DNA from: an uncultured Methanosarcinales archaeon
Lineage (GTDB): Archaea > Nanobdellota > Nanobdellia > Woesearchaeales > CAYMBN01
Assembly: GCA_964388715.1 (NCBI GenBank)
Contig: CAYMBN010000003.1
Span: forward strand, 1-64,000
Length of the DNA: 64,000 bases
Reading direction: 5' to 3'
Position 1 is the stretch's first letter; every line of letters begins with the position of its first letter. The notes below the pieces were generated by a model. That model made no database searches and was not told the DNA's origin. It worked only from the letters and a program-made list of their open reading frames with translations. Positions 27,917 through 37,591 of the stretch are shown here, piece after piece. The translations under genes and the position numbers were made by a program.

Positions 27917-30817
27917 TTAAGTTTTCTGCATTAATCCTCTAAGAATAATTTTAGCTCCTTCTCTTTTAACTGTTCCAGAATCTGGGAAATCTTCTATGTT
28001 AGTTGCTTTTCTGCTTTGGACTGCTCTAAAAACATCTCTTTTTTGAATAGATGGGTCTAATCTTGTAGCAGTGGATGGAAGTGATCTAACAAGGATTTCA
28101 TCTCCTTCTAGCATAGAATCGATTTTTGAGTCAATACTATCTGCTTGAGCAGCAGCTGGTTCTGGTGCTGCAGGTTTAACAGGAGGGATTGGTTCTTGTA
28201 CTGCTACTGGTTCAGCTCCTGCTTCAGCTGGAGTGCCTGGTTTGTAAGGTGTTTCTGGTTTTTTTGGAACAGGTGTTACTTTTATTGGTGGTTTACCTCT
28301 TGTTCCTTTACCTCTTTCACTAATTATTCCCTCAATTTTGTTTCCATATTGTTCTTTTACTTTTTCAATATTACCAGTTTCTAGAACAAATATTTCTCCT
28401 TTATATCCATGAACCCTTTGTTTTTTAATTAAGCCTGATAAACCATCTGTGTTTTTATATAATTTCTGAAACTCTGTAACATCTAAATTAAAAATTGTTG
28501 CAACTGGTTTTGAACCTATAATGTGCTTTGATGTTGGAGTTAAATGATCTTTATAATATTCTTTAGCTTTATTTATTATCTCATCTAATTCTGCTCTTGT
28601 TGCAACACACACAGGAACCATATTTTGACCAACTAGTTTATCTTCTTTTTTTGGTTTACCAATTACTTCTTTTCTTATTAAAAATTGATATTTTGAAATA
28701 GTAAAATCAAAGTCAAGCTTTCCATTGATATAATCTATATGTTCTTTTTGACCATATATCTTTTCTTCTGTTGGTTCTTCTGGTTTAGTTCCTTCTATCT
28801 TAGCTAAAATATCTGAAAGTTCGCCTGTTTCTTGTTCAGCTTTTCTTTTGAGATATTCTGTTATTTCTGGCATGTTGTGGCTGAGTGAAACTATTTGCTT
28901 TGTGTCAATGTTTCTTTTTAATTCAAGATAAGCAAAACTCAAAAGTTTGTCAAGTGCAATCTTTTGTTCTCCATCAATTTGTTCTATTATAGGAAGATAT
29001 TCTTCCCATTTCTCAGAATCATCTGGTGAATGTCCAAATAGGGTTGCTACTTGATCTCTTGATAAATATATTTCACCATTAAGTCCTTGTTCTCTTTCTT
29101 CTTTAACCTTTTTATCAATCCTTACATAATCATCTATAGTCTCAATAGCATCAAAAACACTATCTGGATTCATGTACTCTTCTTTTTCTTTAATTCCTTG
29201 GCTATTAAGGATTCTTACAAATAAATTTTCAAATTTGTCTAGATCAATATCTTTAGAATAAAATTCTGTTAGTGATTTCAAAACATCTAGTATATTATAT
29301 ATTGTTTTGTGTTTTTCATCTTGGCTGGCTGCATCTTCTCCAACAGTTTTATTGATCTCTATTTCTATCTGAGAGTATCGTGCTTCTACTTCTGGTAGAT
29401 CTGGTTCTGGAGGGATTGTAGCTGGTTCTTCTTCCTTACTAACTTCACCAACAAACTTATACTTTGTTTCAATTTTTTCATCAGTGATTAATTTTTCTAG
29501 AACACTTGTATTCATTACTTTTCCAATTCTATGCTTAAAACTCCTTCTACTGGGTTCATTTTTGTATTCTTCAGAAGCGTCTTGTAGTAGATTTGAATAT
29601 TTTCTACGCACTGTTTCAGCACTTATACCTAAAATATCAGCAGTTAAAGCTATACTTATTTCTGTGTTTCTTGTTAAATTGTAATCAATTTTTGGTTCTG
29701 CTGTTGCCTTAGGATGTCCTGGAGTGAATAATTCTGAATATTTTAATATTTGAGTTGCGGTTATCCCTTTTTTGTAATCTAATTTCTTAACTCCTCTTTT
29801 TTTGTTGTGTCTTTTTACTCTTGAAAATAATGTTTTATAGTTTACACCAGATAATTTTTCTATTTGTGAAAGAGTGTACTTCTTTCTTGGGTGACTTCTG
29901 TCAAGCCAAGGTAGGATTTCTTCAGGAACTTTAGGTTTAGCTTTTTCAACTGTTTTATCAATTGTTTCAGAAACAATAGGTTCTGTTGGAACAGCTTTAT
30001 GTTCCTTCCCAGTAATCTGATCTACAACACTAGCAGGACAGTAACCCATCTTGATAAGATTTTCATGTACTTTGGATTCTTGTTGCTTTTTGATTAATTC
30101 TTCTTTGTTTAAACCAGTTAGTTCAACAGCTTTATCAAGTGAGTATAGTAATGGTTGACCAGCAACATCCATTACTTCAGGTAGTTTTTCTCTTACAACA
30201 TGCTTATATAATGATGATCTGTTGACTGGTGTTGGTCTTACATCAAATGTAATATTGTATTTTTTACCAAATTCTTGTAATGCATTAATAATAACTTGGC
30301 TTATTTGTTCATATTTATCAGCAGGGTGTCCTTCTTGTTGTGTATCCAACACAAATCTTTTGAAGTATCTGTTATCTTGTTTAGTTTCAATACCTTCTAG
30401 AGTTAAATTATTGAGTAATTCACTTTCACCGAGGATAGGTAAGATTACTTCAAAAGTATGACCATGGTTAGAAAGAACAAAATAGGTTGGGATTGTGTTT
30501 TCTTCATCAAAGCATGCAAACTTTTCCATTAATCTTTTTTCTCCTTCAGAAAGGTAGCTTTCGTCTAGTTCAATGGAATCTTGATTTAATTCTTGTCTAA
30601 ATGCTTTGAATCTTTCATATAAAAGTAATTCTTGATCAAATTTTTCAGGATCTTCTTGTCTAAGTGCTTCAACATGTTTGATTCTTTTATCAACTTCTTG
30701 GTATAATTTTTCAACAAGATCTGTTATGAGAAGATTTTTTCCTCTTATTGTGTTATCATGTGATTTTGAGTCTATTTGAGAAAAACCATTTGCAAAATAA
30801 TCAGCATTAATTTCCAT
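27917..30817 (-). CDS. 966-aa multi-HTH protein
   Basis: ATG 30817 behind GAGGTG; YSLDKAVELTGLNK, YTLSQIEKLSGVNYKTL, ISIALTADILGISAETVRRKY; Pro/Ala-rich linker near C-terminus. Confidence 0.82.
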   Translation of the reverse strand: MEINADYFANGFSQIDSKSHDNTIRGKNLLITDLVEKLYQEVDKRIKHVEALRQEDPEKFDQELLLYERFKAFRQELNQDSIELDESYLSEGEKRLMEKFACFDEENTIPTYFVLSNHGHTFEVILPILGESELLNNLTLEGIETKQDNRYFKRFVLDTQQEGHPADKYEQISQVIINALQEFGKKYNITFDVRPTPVNRSSLYKHVVREKLPEVMDVAGQPLLYSLDKAVELTGLNKEELIKKQQESKVHENLIKMGYCPASVVDQITGKEHKAVPTEPIVSETIDKTVEKAKPKVPEEILPWLDRSHPRKKYTLSQIEKLSGVNYKTLFSRVKRHNKKRGVKKLDYKKGITATQILKYSELFTPGHPKATAEPKIDYNLTRNTEISIALTADILGISAETVRRKYSNLLQDASEEYKNEPSRRSFKHRIGKVMNTSVLEKLITDEKIETKYKFVGEVSKEEEPATIPPEPDLPEVEARYSQIEIEINKTVGEDAASQDEKHKTIYNILDVLKSLTEFYSKDIDLDKFENLFVRILNSQGIKEKEEYMNPDSVFDAIETIDDYVRIDKKVKEEREQGLNGEIYLSRDQVATLFGHSPDDSEKWEEYLPIIEQIDGEQKIALDKLLSFAYLELKRNIDTKQIVSLSHNMPEITEYLKRKAEQETGELSDILAKIEGTKPEEPTEEKIYGQKEHIDYINGKLDFDFTISKYQFLIRKEVIGKPKKEDKLVGQNMVPVCVATRAELDEIINKAKEYYKDHLTPTSKHIIGSKPVATIFNLDVTEFQKLYKNTDGLSGLIKKQRVHGYKGEIFVLETGNIEKVKEQYGNKIEGIISERGKGTRGKPPIKVTPVPKKPETPYKPGTPAEAGAEPVAVQEPIPPVKPAAPEPAAAQADSIDSKIDSMLEGDEILVRSLPSTATRLDPSIQKRDVFRAVQSRKATNIEDFPDSGTVKREGAKIILRGLMQKT

Positions 30818-30963
30818 ACTAAACACCTCTGAAAAGCAAAAATCGTTTATCTTATTTAAATTTTTTCTTTGATTTGTCGTCGGAAAAAGTGGTAAAAACA
30901 GCAATATTTTATCTAAAATTTTAAATATGAATTAGTATTTATAATTGAATTAGAGGTGTTCAA

Positions 30964-31914
30964 ATGAAAAAAAGTGTTTTTGTTATACTATTCTTGTTAG
31001 TAGTTCCAATTGTTTTTAGTTTAGAAATTAGTGAGATTGCTGTTTATGTTAATGGTGACAAAGATATTGTAAGAGATAAAGGTACTATATATGATGTTCA
31101 GCCTGATTCTGATGTCAAGTTGAGGATAACTGTTGATAATGAAAAATCTACTGAAGTTGAAGATGTTAAGATTAAAGCAGTGATTTATGATATTGATGAT
31201 CATGATGATCTTGATGATGAAACATCTCATTTTGATATTGAAGGGCATGATGATAAAACAAAAACACTTGAGTTTGAGGTTCCTTTAGAAGTTGAATCAG
31301 GAACTTATAGATTGGCTATTACAGCTGAATCTAATTATGGTGAAACAGATTCTGCAACACTCAATCTTGAATTGGATAAGAATTCTCATGATGTTAGGGT
31401 TTTTCAATTATCACTTTCACCTGAAAGAGTTAGATGTAAAAGAAATTTTTATCTTTCATTTAAAGTTATTAATGTTGGGGAAGATAATGAAGATGTTGTG
31501 TTAACTGTTAATAATGAACAATTGGAAATTAATGATGTTCATAAGTTTTGGTTAAGTAAAAGTGTTGGTGATGATGATAATGAAAAAAGAAAAATGTATT
31601 CTTATTCTTTGAATGGTGCAAGGCCAGGAGATTATATTATTAATGTTAATTTGCAATATAAAACAAAATTACAAACTTATAAAGTTCCATTAAGAATTGA
31701 AAAGTGTACTAAGGAATATTCTATTGATGGTGAAGTTGAATATTTGAAAGCTTATAGAATTGATGATGAAAATGTTCCACCTGAAGTTACTTCTTTTGTA
31801 ACAAAAACAGTAACAAAAGAAAAAACAGATAACACTTTAACACTTTTAGTTGTGAGTGGGTTGTTAGGATTTATTGTAGTTGTGTTTTTATTGATGTGGT
31901 TGTTGAAGAATTAA
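30964..31914 (+). CDS. Cell-surface protein, two Ig-like domains, C-terminal TM anchor
   Basis: Signal peptide, acidic beta-rich repeats, C-terminal TM; paralogue of 42083-43063. Confidence 0.8.
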   Translation: MKKSVFVILFLLVVPIVFSLEISEIAVYVNGDKDIVRDKGTIYDVQPDSDVKLRITVDNEKSTEVEDVKIKAVIYDIDDHDDLDDETSHFDIEGHDDKTKTLEFEVPLEVESGTYRLAITAESNYGETDSATLNLELDKNSHDVRVFQLSLSPERVRCKRNFYLSFKVINVGEDNEDVVLTVNNEQLEINDVHKFWLSKSVGDDDNEKRKMYSYSLNGARPGDYIINVNLQYKTKLQTYKVPLRIEKCTKEYSIDGEVEYLKAYRIDDENVPPEVTSFVTKTVTKEKTDNTLTLLVVSGLLGFIVVVFLLMWLLKN

Positions 31915-31941
31915 TTTTTTTATAGTCAAACATAATTATTG

Positions 31942-32955
31942 TTATACTTTTATTGATTCTAATTTTGAAGTGTTAACCTTCTTTTCAGCTTCTTTCATAT
32001 CTTTTGTGCTAAAAGTGCGGAGGTAATTGAATTTTTTATCAAATAAAATTATCCAACTATTTTCATCAGTATATTTACCTCTTAAAATCATTCCATGTTG
32101 AAGTTTTCTTGCATCAATTACTTCATTATTTTCATCAACTTTGATCCAGTAATAGTGATACTTTTTGCCTTCTACAGTATAAGTCATTGACCTTCTATTA
32201 TAGACAATCTTGTCTGGTGCAAAAGGACTAACAAATTTTCTGGAATATTTAATCTTTCCAATTTTTATTGGTTTTTGTTTGTATATTTTAATGTATATTT
32301 CAGCATGATCATGGCAGTTTTTAAAATAGATTATTTTTTGGAATGAAGGACTTTTAGGGGGGTCAGTGAGAATATAATCTAGAACAATTCCTCTGGTAAA
32401 AAGACAAACAGTTACAAGGGCATATTTTTTATCAATAGCATAATTACTAAATGCTTTTGCATTGAATAGAATCTCTGCTCTGCGAATACCTTGTTCATAT
32501 AATCCAAAAATCATCTTTTTTTCTTCTGAGCCTAGTTTTAGTTTTGTCACTAAATATTTTAGTAAAGCAAATAATGGTTTGTATTCTCTGGCTGCATATT
32601 GTTCACAATCTTTACATTTTTTAATAATATCTTCAATTGATCTTTGTTTTTCATTGGGTGGTAATTTAAACAGATTATCAATTCCTTCTACTTTTCCAGG
32701 TTCAAATTGTTTTAAAACAAATCTATTGTTTTGGTTATCATGGAAAAGATAAAAGTGATATAATGTGTCTTCTTTGTATTGTTGTTCAAATAAACTTACT
32801 AAGTCTGTTGTTTTTGTTGTATCTACAACATTAAAGTATTTGAACTCTTTAGAAAAAAATTTTTGAATACAATCTAAAATGTATAATGAATAATCATCTG
32901 TTTCATAATCTCTAAAAAATCTTCCAATAATTGGGATTCTTGATAAGTCAAACAT
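31942..32955 (-). CDS. Hypothetical protein
   Basis: 337-aa ORF; TATA-like box ~30 nt upstream. Confidence 0.7.
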   Translation of the reverse strand: MFDLSRIPIIGRFFRDYETDDYSLYILDCIQKFFSKEFKYFNVVDTTKTTDLVSLFEQQYKEDTLYHFYLFHDNQNNRFVLKQFEPGKVEGIDNLFKLPPNEKQRSIEDIIKKCKDCEQYAAREYKPLFALLKYLVTKLKLGSEEKKMIFGLYEQGIRRAEILFNAKAFSNYAIDKKYALVTVCLFTRGIVLDYILTDPPKSPSFQKIIYFKNCHDHAEIYIKIYKQKPIKIGKIKYSRKFVSPFAPDKIVYNRRSMTYTVEGKKYHYYWIKVDENNEVIDARKLQHGMILRGKYTDENSWIILFDKKFNYLRTFSTKDMKEAEKKVNTSKLESIKV

Positions 32956-33217
32956 AAAATTTTTTATTGTTAGGTTTTATTTAAATTTTTTCTTTTTTTC
33001 TAAAAAAATTAATTTTTTGTTTATTTTTTTATCGTCGAGAAAATTTTTTCCAAAAAATTGTAAAAACTTTTATAAAAAAAATTCTTATTTTTTTCAATTT
33101 TTTTCTAATTTTTTCCGACGAGGAATTTTATAAATAAAAACATTTATATACTACTTTTTTTATAATTATATTATAAAAATAAAAAACACACAAAAAAATA
33201 AAAAGAGGTCAAAATTA

Positions 33218-34174
33218 ATGGTTGATTACAAACTTGAGGTTGTAACTGATATAAAACAGTGCGAAAAAGTTTGGAAAACTGTAAGTACAAACAAAAAAAT
33301 TTCTGAAATGTGGGAATTTAAATTATGTTTTCATAAATCTTTTGATCACAGTCCTTATTTTATTGTTCAAAAAAAGGGGGATGAAATTGTGGGTTTACTT
33401 CCTCTTTCTTTTGACAAAATAAAAAACTGTTTTAGATTTTTTCCAGGTGATGAAGAATGGATTGAAAAGAATCCTATCTTTTTCAAAAATAGAAATACCT
33501 TGAAAAAACTTATTGCAAGTGTTCCACAAAATACAATTCTTACATGTATTGAAGAAAATCCTATTTATAATAGATATTTTAATGAAGAGTATTGTACTTA
33601 TTCATTAATGCCACCAAAAATGGATTATGATATTAATAATTATTTTAAGTTGTTTAATAAAAAACATTTGAAAAATATTATGAGAGATATTAAAAGACTT
33701 GAAGAACAAAAAATAGAAGTTTCAATGGAAACAAGGAATAAAAGGCTTTACAAGAAAATGATTGAATGGAATTTGAAAGCTTTTGGAGAAAAATCTTATT
33801 TTTATGATGGTAAGTTCAATAAAGCGTTTTGGGAACTTTTTGATTTTTTCAAGAAAAAGGACATATTATACATGGTGAGTATAAAGATTGATGGAGAATT
33901 AGCTGCTGTTGATTTTGGATGTGTATACAATAATGTATTGACCGTACTGGTTGGTGGAGTTAATCCAAGATACAGAGATTTGGGAGTTGCAAAATTCATT
34001 AATTTTGAACATATCAAGTATGGTTTTAATAATAAGCTTGATAGAATTGAATTCTTAGGTTTTGATTTTAATTGGAAAGAGCATTGGCATCTAATGAAAG
34101 AAAAAATGTTTAAGTTTTGTAATAGTAAGAGACTTGAAAAAATGATGCAAAAACATTCAGATCAATATCTTTAA
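33218..34174 (+). CDS. GNAT-fold (FemAB/BcsL-like) acyltransferase
   Basis: IVGLLPL, YFKLFNKKHLKNIMRDIKRL, IDGELAAVDFG, LGVAKFI, KEHW. Confidence 0.82.
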   Translation: MVDYKLEVVTDIKQCEKVWKTVSTNKKISEMWEFKLCFHKSFDHSPYFIVQKKGDEIVGLLPLSFDKIKNCFRFFPGDEEWIEKNPIFFKNRNTLKKLIASVPQNTILTCIEENPIYNRYFNEEYCTYSLMPPKMDYDINNYFKLFNKKHLKNIMRDIKRLEEQKIEVSMETRNKRLYKKMIEWNLKAFGEKSYFYDGKFNKAFWELFDFFKKKDILYMVSIKIDGELAAVDFGCVYNNVLTVLVGGVNPRYRDLGVAKFINFEHIKYGFNNKLDRIEFLGFDFNWKEHWHLMKEKMFKFCNSKRLEKMMQKHSDQYL

Positions 34175-34213
34175 AGGTTAATTTTATATATTTCTGGAGT
34201 ATTTTGAGACATA

Positions 34214-35089
34214 ATGTTTAAGATTATTAAAGATATTAAGAAATGTGAAGAAGTTTGGAAAAAGTTTTCCTTAAATAGCACTCTGTGGGATTTGTGGGAA
34301 GTTAATTATTGTTTTTATAATCCTAAACTGTTTGATCTTTATTTTATTGTTGGTACTAATGGAAAGGAAGGTGTTTTACCTTTATGGTTTGATAAAGAAC
34401 AAGATATTTATGGTTTTTTTGGTGGTGAATTTCCTGAGAAGAGAACTTTTTTTGTAAAAGATAAGAAACATATTCAATCTTTTATTGATGAAATGCCTGA
34501 ACATACTAATTTAATGTATATTGATCCAAATGAAATAAAATATATTGAACATGAAGGGCTTGAACCTTGTGATACAAGGTTTTTTATTGATTTAAAGAAG
34601 TTTGATTTTGATTTGGACAATTATTTTAAAACTTTTAATAAAAAACATAGAAAGAATTTGAGATATGACTTAAGACAGTTAGAAAAGTTGGATTATGAAA
34701 TTAAATTTGGTAATAAAAAGGATTTTGAAAAACTGATTGAATTTAATGTTAAGAGATTTGGTAAAGAATCTGATTTTAATGATCTAGATTTTGTTAATTC
34801 AATGAAAAAACTTATTAATTTCTTAGATGAAAAAAAAATGTTGTATGTTATTAGTGTAATCATTAATGGAAAAATTGAAGGTGTTGAAATTGCAGCATTG
34901 TATAATGATATTTATTATGTGTTTAATGCTGGAAGTAATCGTGAAATAAAAAATTTAGGAAAACTTTTGATTATGGAACATATTAAGAATGCAATTAAGT
35001 TAAAAGTTCCAATTGTTGATTTTTTATCTGGTGAGTCTGGTTGGAAAAAACTTTGGAATTGTGAAGAAGAGTTACTTTATGAGGTTTAG
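34214..35089 (+). CDS. GNAT-fold acyltransferase, tandem paralogue
   Basis: YFKTFNKKHRKNLRYDLRQL, NLGKLLI, VDFLSGESGWKKLW. Confidence 0.82.
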   Translation: MFKIIKDIKKCEEVWKKFSLNSTLWDLWEVNYCFYNPKLFDLYFIVGTNGKEGVLPLWFDKEQDIYGFFGGEFPEKRTFFVKDKKHIQSFIDEMPEHTNLMYIDPNEIKYIEHEGLEPCDTRFFIDLKKFDFDLDNYFKTFNKKHRKNLRYDLRQLEKLDYEIKFGNKKDFEKLIEFNVKRFGKESDFNDLDFVNSMKKLINFLDEKKMLYVISVIINGKIEGVEIAALYNDIYYVFNAGSNREIKNLGKLLIMEHIKNAIKLKVPIVDFLSGESGWKKLWNCEEELLYEV

Positions 35090-35090
35090 A

Positions 35091-36002
35091 ATGAAATTGA
35101 TTAAAAATATTGATGATGGTAATAAAGAAATTGTAATTAATGCTATTAAAAAGTTTGGTAGTCAACCAGAACATCATTTTCCGCATTTCTTGAATATGGA
35201 AGATAAAGGTAAAACTAAATGTATGTTTTTTCATTTTGATGATGAAACAGGTTTTATGGTACACAAACATAAAACAGGTTTATGGGAATTTCTTGTTGAA
35301 CCGCTTGCTCCAAAAGAAAAACGGTTAAAGGTTGCTGCTGAAGTTCTTGATTATGTTTTGAATCTGCCTGATACGTACAAAGCATTGGTTGAGTTTACAC
35401 CTGAATTGCGTAAAGCTTTGATTAAGTTTAATAATGAGGATAGGAATAAATGGATAATCAGAAGGCCTTGTTATATATATCATTGGCCTGTTTATGATTT
35501 AAAAGAATGGGATCCTGAGTTAAAAGGTAAAAAATGGAAAAAGTTAAGGCATAAGATTAATCTTTTGAAAAGAGATAATGATGTTAAAGTAGTTGATTCT
35601 AGGACAGTTGATAAAAAAGAATTAATGAGGATTTTTGATGAGTGGAGTGAAAAAAGGAATGATGATGATTTTATTGAGCATGCACATTATCATAATGCAA
35701 TTGAGAATGGATTTAAAGGATATGATTTTGCTCGAACAGTTGTTGTTAATAATGTTCCAAGAACAATAACAGCAGGATGGCAGATTGGTGATACTGGTTA
35801 TTATTATTCTTCATTTGGTGTTTCTGATTATTCGATGGAAGGATTAGGTGAATATTCTAATTATGATGATTTAACTCATCTTAAGAATAGTGGGATGAAG
35901 TTTGCTGATTTTGGTGGAAGTGATAAAGCATTGCTAGAATTTAAGATGAAATTTAGGCCATGTAAGATTTACAAGACATTTTTGTTTTATGTTGTGAAGA
36001 AT
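35091..36002 (+). CDS. GNAT-fold protein, DUF2156/aminoacyl-transferase-like; 3' end lost in gap
   Basis: VYDLKEWDPELKGKKWKKLRHKIN, ADFGGSDKALLEFKMKFRP; ATG 35091. Confidence 0.7.
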
Positions 36003-36102
36003 NNNNNNNNNNNNNNNNNNNNNNNNNNNNNNNNNNNNNNNNNNNNNNNNNNNNNNNNNNNNNNNNNNNNNNNNNNNNNNNNNNNNNNNNNNNNNNNNNN
36101 NN
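36003..36102. other. Assembly gap (100 N)
   Basis: Run of N between two convergent genes whose stop codons are missing. Confidence 0.99.
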
Positions 36103-37368
36103 TTTAACAATTCCTCTTAAATCTATATCTGTTACACTCATTATCTTGACATCTACTTCTTGGCCTAGGATGTTTTGGTCAAAGAATACTATTACTGGTC
36201 TGTATGCATAGTTTCTTCCGACAAATGTGTTGTTTTTTCCTATTTCATCAATGAAAATCCTTCCTTGCCAATTTAACCATTTTTTATTGTTTTCTTTTGC
36301 AAGTTCTTTAAAGACTTTTTCTAGTTTTGTTGAACGTTTTTTTGTTTCTTTACCATGAATTTGGTTTGGCATTTCTGCTGCCTCTGTTTTTGGACGTGGC
36401 CAGAACCTTGATCTGTTAAGAACATCTGGTTTTGTTTTTTCTATTAATTTGATTGAATCTTCAAATTGTTCTTGGGTTTCGCCTGGAAAACCACAAATAA
36501 TGTCTGTTGCAATTGTTATGTCTGGGAATTGTTTTCTGAATTTAGTTATTATTTCTTCATATTGTTCAACAGTATACTTTCTTTTCATTTTTTTAAGTAT
36601 TTGATTGTTGCCTGATTGTACAGGTATGTGAAGGAATTTGAATATTTTGTTTGATTTGTAGACTTCTATTAGTTCGTTAAGATATTCGTAAACATGATTA
36701 GGATTAAGCATTCCTAAGCGAATCTTGAAGTTTCCTGGAATTTTAATTATTTTTTTCAGTAATTGTGGTAAAGATGAATTAATGTCTTTGCCATAGCAAC
36801 CAGTATCTTGAGCTGTTAACCAAATTTCTTTAACTTCTTCAGAAGCGTCAGCAACTCTTTTCATAATTAAGTTTGGATCATAGGAAAAAAGTTCTCCTCT
36901 TGCTGATTTTACTTTACAATATGCGCATGGATCACCAAGGCAACCTTCACAGATTGGGATGATTTCAATGTGTTTGTTTTTTCTTATTCTTGGTAGGTTT
37001 AGTCTTGGATTTTTTTCTTTTGCAATAAGTGTAACTTGATTATCTTGTAATGTTTCATCAATAACATCGATTATTTTGTCTATTTGAGATGTGCCTAAGA
37101 TTGAATATTCTTTTAATGTTTCTGGGTCTGTTTGTGGAATGCAACCTGTTATGATGATTTTCTTGTTTTTAGGCAGTTTTTTTAGTCTTTTGAAAAGATT
37201 ATTTTCAGTAGGTGTCTTAACTGTGCATGTGTTAATTATGATTACATATGCATCATCTGGATTGTTAACTAGTTCATAACCTCGCTTTTTTATGATTCCA
37301 GCCATTATTTCAGAATCTGCTTGGTTTACAGCACATCCATATGTTTCAATGTATACTTTTACTGTCAT
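36103..37368 (-). CDS. tRNA methylthiotransferase, MiaB-like archaeal e-MtaB type; 3' end in gap
   Basis: ETYGCAVN, NTCTVK, TGCIPQ, radical SAM CLGDPCAYC, HIPVQSG, DIICGFPGET, C-terminal TRAM. Confidence 0.92.
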
Positions 37369-37410
37369 AGTAGGATTTTTTGGGTTATTTATTATAAATC
37401 TTTTGTAAAA

Positions 37411-37547
37411 AAGTGTATGCATAGTACCATGCCAATCAAAAACACAAAAACCTGATTTTTTGGATTAAGGTTTTTGACACTATTGTCTTACGATACGAAT
37501 ATTTGTTTTTGATAGAAATACGGCAAAGGTACTATGCATATACACTT
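37411..37547 (+). repeat. ~135-nt structured intergenic element, copy 1 (ncRNA or MITE-like)
   Basis: Terminal stem AAGTGTATGCATAGTACC / GGTACTATGCATATACACTT with nested stems; homologous to 56817-56949. Confidence 0.85.
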
Positions 37548-37591
37548 AATAAATAGAAATATTTTTAAACTTGTTCTGATTTGTTAATAAT

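Noticed and set aside
21521..30817. Prophage or integrative element suggested by Xis-like HTHs
   Set aside because: No integrase, terminase, capsid, replication gene, flanking tRNA or att-like direct repeat was seen.
35013..37422. ORF-track calls reading through the N gap, with extended N-termini
   Set aside because: X runs are gap artefacts; starts reassigned to 35091 and 37368 from family N-termini.
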